DNA of 64,000 nucleotides from Kiritimatiellia bacterium (GTDB lineage Bacteria; Verrucomicrobiota; Kiritimatiellia; RFP12; UBA1067): NCBI GenBank assembly GCA_024405395.1, contig JAKSOW010000001.1, positions 6,277 to 70,276 of the forward strand, read 5' to 3'. Shown piece by piece: positions 61,701 to 64,000 of this stretch (position 1 is its first letter; each line of letters starts with the position of its first letter). The notes under the pieces were generated by a model. It saw only the letters and a program-made list of their open reading frames with translations, ran no database searches and was not told where the DNA came from. The position numbers and the translations under genes were made by a program.

Positions 61701-62222
61701 TATCTGGCGAAGAAGGGGCGGCGTGCGCTCGGATGGGATGAGGTGCTGCACGGCGATGCGCCGAAGAGCGTGATCGGCATGAGCTGGCGCATGAGCGCGA
61801 AGAGCGGTGCCGGCGGCGACTACGTGAGCCCGAGCGAGGCGTTGGCGAGAGGCTACGATATGGTGATGACGCCATCGCGCAAGTGCTACTATTCGGCGTC
61901 GCAGGGTTTGGCGGAGGATCCCTATCCCTACTATTCGGCCGGTCGCGGCATCACGCTGGAGGAGGCCTATTCGTTCGATCCCGCGGAGGGAATTCCCGAA
62001 GACGTGCGCGCGCATATCCTGGGGGGACAGGCCAGTGTGTGGGGCGAATCGATCTTCAACGTCTTCGACTTCGAGTGGAAGGCCTGGCCACGCACATGCG
62101 CGATGGCGGAGATCCTGTGGACGGCACCGGCCCAGCGTGACTTCGCCGAATTCAAGACGCGTCTGCGCACGCATCGCCGCCGGCTGATCGCCGACCTTGT
62201 GAACTGTGCGCCACTGGAGTAG
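58734..62222 (+). CDS. exported two-module glycosidase: N-terminal unknown glycosidase-like region + C-terminal GH20 beta-N-acetylhexosaminidase
   Basis: The best start is the ATG at 58734, after GGGGGAG (MKRFGVLGLILLAWVG). The GH20 part contains RGLMIDEARHFLGK, LNVFHWHLTDDQGWRLEIK and IHIGGDECPK. The N-terminal ~750 aa contain KWWLVDPEGHLFISHGLN, as seen in several TIM-barrel glycosidase families. Confidence 0.85.
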   Translation: MKRFGVLGLILLAWVGMGDMIWPGADVSVTPSKHAQVKETPEGVVLDVGNCAPNVWPAVYFNFATPRDLTKCAALLVTLTNRSDKALRLSVKVKGITQQGQLPEGGITVPAHGSRVKELRLFAESWAFDKPHGLVGLKRQPSVGSASSYSLAKVTAISVYLPNGTSGVSIGVKDVSAIPGDAVGNKLTLLKVDSFFPWVDEFGQANYAEFPDKIHSKEELAVRHRIEEKELADHPCGIPESDAFGGWAGGPQLKATGYFRTQKLNGKWWLVDPEGHLFISHGLNCGWELSPTGITGREKYFEKLPPKEGPTKQFWTYRKKPSSKNWYSNPSNAPFWAFSPACYNLWLKFGDDWRSKNDENMARRMRAWGINATTGTREGVRKAKAHVPYITAIGPWARPIAGTKGYWGQLNDFFAPEFEASCRRAVEAAREIGTNKWCVGWTSNNEQTWYGDGVALARAVFASPDDQPAKVALTKILAERGKTYATATDADLRALAVALAEKYYSTVRAAIKSVAPNHLYLGDRNDKLNPEVFLAASRHTDVITINRYEFRPEAELPPGSEDKPFLVTEFHFGCYDTGYFYASLIPVKDQKTRAQCYLDYQRAVVDSPNYVGAHWFCWRDLPITGEAGIGANAQCGLVSITDIPYTELIGAVKTVSGEMYTRRYGKPVVKPVLVPAPRKMTSGEGAYEVKAKEVTPEIAVFAKDAAIPAEGYVLSVTPSGISVKSSDDTGAFYALQTLKQLGQQVDKNLIAFPCVEIEDAPAYRYRGLMIDEARHFLGKEVVKKELELMARHKLNVFHWHLTDDQGWRLEIKRHPELVEYGSVRPESVVFGGRPWWVKRGFDGIRYKTNNEKYGPFFYTQEDVKEILAYAAERHITVIPEIELPGHERALLAARPDLGCRGEKLARTPRVLWSIEEDVLCAGNDDMIRYLEDIFDEVCALFPSQIIHIGGDECPKSRWKECPKCQARMKALGIKEERGLQTWLTAHFAEYLAKKGRRALGWDEVLHGDAPKSVIGMSWRMSAKSGAGGDYVSPSEALARGYDMVMTPSRKCYYSASQGLAEDPYPYYSAGRGITLEEAYSFDPAEGIPEDVRAHILGGQASVWGESIFNVFDFEWKAWPRTCAMAEILWTAPAQRDFAEFKTRLRTHRRRLIADLVNCAPLE

Positions 62223-62226
62223 GCGG

Positions 62227-62913
62227 ATGGGCGCTCTCGATATTCTGGTCGCGGAGGATGAGCCCGCCATTCGCGAGGCGCTTGTCGCTCTGTTCGAAAG
62301 CGAAGGCTATGCTGTGCGGGCGGCGGCCGATGGCGAGGCGGCCATGCGCCTTTTCAATGAGCGGTGCCCTGATCTTGTCCTGCTCGACGTGATGATGCCG
62401 CGGAAGAACGGATATGCCGTGTGCTCGGAGATCCGTGGCGTGAATCGCAGGGTGCCGATTCTCTTCCTCACGGCCAAAGATGGCGATGCGGATGAGCTGC
62501 GGGGCCTGCTGCTTGGGGCCGACGACTACATCGCGAAGACAAGCTCGATGCCGGTGCTGCTGGCGCGTGTCGCCGCCGTCCTGGCGCGTGCGCAGCGCGC
62601 CACCGATCTGCTGTCCGGCGATTTCGATTTCGCGGGCTGCCATGTGGACTCGTCGTGCCTGTGCCTGAATCTGCCTGACGGAAGTTCGGTGGAGCTGGCG
62701 CTGCGGGAGGTGGAGATGCTGCGTTGTTTCGTCCAGCATCCTGGCGAGGTGCTGTCGCGGGACTTCCTTTTCACGAGGTTCTGGGGACGGAACTTCGTCG
62801 GCGACGACACGACATTGAGCGTGGCGATCAGGCGGCTGCGGGAGAAGCTTGGGCCGGCTGCCTCTCGCATCGAAACCATCTATGGCGGCGGCTACCGCTT
62901 CATCGGATCGTGA
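62227..62913 (+). CDS. OmpR/PhoB-family response regulator
   Basis: The receiver is ILVAEDEPAIREAL...DLVLLDVMMPRKNG...LTAKD. The winged-helix part is LREVEMLRCF...LSVAIRRLREKL...GGGYRF. Confidence 0.85.
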   Translation: MGALDILVAEDEPAIREALVALFESEGYAVRAAADGEAAMRLFNERCPDLVLLDVMMPRKNGYAVCSEIRGVNRRVPILFLTAKDGDADELRGLLLGADDYIAKTSSMPVLLARVAAVLARAQRATDLLSGDFDFAGCHVDSSCLCLNLPDGSSVELALREVEMLRCFVQHPGEVLSRDFLFTRFWGRNFVGDDTTLSVAIRRLREKLGPAASRIETIYGGGYRFIGS

Positions 62914-62926
62914 GCGGGAGATGGCG

Positions 62927-64000
62927 TCAGCAGTCGCCGAGGACATCCAGGATGTCTTCGCCGAATTCGTTGAGCGTCTGCCGTGAAACCAGATGACTAA
63001 GATGGGCCAAGGTCCGAGGATTGTCCTCCGCCACCCGGAAGAGCGTCTTGTTGCTCATGATGCGGAATGCCGCCACACCCAATTCATCGGCGGTGTCCTT
63101 GCGCCAACTGCGCAAGGCAAAGGCACGCGTGCGTGCGGCGGCTGAGAGGGTGGCGCCAAAATCGGACCCCGTGGATCTGCCGGGGATGCGGGACGGCAGG
63201 TTTAGGGCGGGCGGTTCGATGGGAGCCCGGGCACGGGAGGTGGATTTGTCCGAGGGCCAGCGGATGGTGAACTCCGGCTCTTCGCGACGGGCGACGCGCA
63301 TGCCCTTCGACGTGAGGCGGATGAGATCTGTGCCGTCGGTGGCAAGGCTGGCGCAGCCCGATCGCACGAGCGTCTCCAGAAGAATGCGCAGCATCTCGGG
63401 CTTGAAACCGTTGAGCAGATTCCAGGTGGAGAGCGTGTTGAGCTGATGCTGGCGAACGGCGGCGGAGAGATTTCCGAGAAGCACGTCCACGACAATCGAC
63501 TGCGGGTGGCATCCTTTCATGCGTCCAATGCAGGAGAGCACCTTCTGGATGATGAGCCATTGCGCTTCGGTGAGCGGTTCGGGCGGCTGGCGAGGGCCGC
63601 AATGGTCGCAGCCGCCGCACACATCGGCCTTCGCCTCTTCCCCGAAGTACGAGAGGATGAACTTGTGGCGGCAGCCCGACGTGTCGCAGAAGTCGATCAT
63701 CTCGCGGAGGCGCTGGCGGTCGCGGCGTTCCTTTTCGCGGCGGGCGGCGAACACCGCGTGGAGTTCGGCCTCCGAGACTGAAGGGTGATACTGGACGATG
63801 GGCGGATCGCGGAAGCTTTCGCCACGTGTGAGTGTGATGGCCTTGTGCTGGGCAAAGACGTTGAGCACGGTTTCAATGGCGATGCCGTTGACGTCCAGGC
63901 GGTCGGCCAGGGCATTCGTGTCCACGGAAACGCCTTTGCCGACGGCTTTCGTCCGCAGGTAGGACAGCACATTGCGGGCGACATCCCAGGAGGGATTGGC
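62927..64000 (-). CDS. recQ: RecQ-family DNA helicase, C-terminal part (gene continues past the right edge)
   Basis: The zinc-binding region is CRHKFILSYFGEE...CGGCDHC. RQC-like and HRDC-like segments follow (SWRKDTADELGVAAFRIMSNKTLFRVAE). The frame stays open to nt 64000; the track start at 63970 is an internal GTG. Confidence 0.8.
   Translation of the reverse strand, partial: ANPSWDVARNVLSYLRTKAVGKGVSVDTNALADRLDVNGIAIETVLNVFAQHKAITLTRGESFRDPPIVQYHPSVSEAELHAVFAARREKERRDRQRLREMIDFCDTSGCRHKFILSYFGEEAKADVCGGCDHCGPRQPPEPLTEAQWLIIQKVLSCIGRMKGCHPQSIVVDVLLGNLSAAVRQHQLNTLSTWNLLNGFKPEMLRILLETLVRSGCASLATDGTDLIRLTSKGMRVARREEPEFTIRWPSDKSTSRARAPIEPPALNLPSRIPGRSTGSDFGATLSAAARTRAFALRSWRKDTADELGVAAFRIMSNKTLFRVAEDNPRTLAHLSHLVSRQTLNEFGEDILDVLGDC

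Noticed and set aside
59073-62270. Minus-strand ORF of 1065 aa.
   Set aside because: It lies antisense to the GH20-containing gene, whose catalytic motifs are unambiguous on the plus strand.
1-64000. Scan by eye for rRNA, tRNA, tmRNA, RNase P RNA and SRP RNA signatures in intergenic regions.
   Set aside because: I found no conserved cores such as GAGGAAAGTCCGGGC, the tmRNA termini or tRNA cloverleaf candidates. A proper tRNAscan/Infernal run is still advisable.

Overview
This is a 64-kb bacterial chromosomal window with two compositional regimes.

**(A) nt 1 to ~15,100: low-GC block.** Spot counts of single 60-nt lines give 18-23 G+C. The block carries about 13 minus-strand genes. Most are joined by overlapping or 1-3-nt-spaced stop/start codons, and all encode predicted exported or membrane proteins:
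- a reprolysin-like metzincin;
- three paralogous thioredoxin-fold + Ig-like proteins (four CxxC sites in total);
- two paralogous HEAT-like anchored proteins;
- a Wzy_C/O-antigen-ligase-like polytopic protein;
- a SurA/parvulin-like PPIase;
- two paralogous Cys-rich proteins and a small protein sharing a C-terminal module with the protease;
- a tiny membrane protein and the 5' end of a DoxX-like gene.

No integrase or tRNA is visible. This block is my best candidate for an undescribed envelope (thiol-redox/surface-assembly) system.

**(B) nt ~15,100 to 64,000: high-GC DNA.** One 60-nt line counted 44 G+C. This part holds the replication-initiation neighbourhood, all on the minus strand:
- a bS22-like micro-ORF and hisG;
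- an XRE/Zn-ribbon regulator preceded by eight TTATAAACA-type 9-mers;
- a THUMP RNA methyltransferase, dnaN and dnaA;
- a CPA2 antiporter-EIIA fusion;
- mnmG, which carries an in-frame insertion with three perfect 16-nt palindromes.

A 1.4-kb low-GC non-coding region follows, where gene orientation switches; it is a candidate oriC with iteron-like repeats. Downstream genes are mostly on the plus strand:
- a beta-helix protein, a membrane-anchored double AAA+ ATPase and a TMEM43/DUF1625-like protein;
- two unknown exported proteins, nudC and an NSS transporter (minus strand);
- a 3509-aa surface protein (PATR repeats, LamG, a transglutaminase-like Cys-His-Asp core, beta-helix) with a 294-aa partner;
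- a 2015-aa cytoplasmic protein with an embedded UbiB/ABC1-type kinase-like domain;
- HAD, DUF4186, a lower-GC zeta-toxin-like ATPase with an overlapping 53-codon ORF, and a PfkB kinase;
- a two-module glycosidase with a GH20 C-terminal module, an orphan OmpR-type response regulator, and the 3' part of recQ.

I recognised no rRNA, tRNA, CRISPR array, transposase or integrase. Many very long ORFs in the track are antisense shadows typical of high-GC DNA. The taxon guess is a PVC-group bacterium (Lentisphaerota/Verrucomicrobiota-like). That guess is inference only, from the PATR-repeat giant protein and the abundance of exported beta-helix proteins. All family calls rest on motif recognition by eye; no searches were run.
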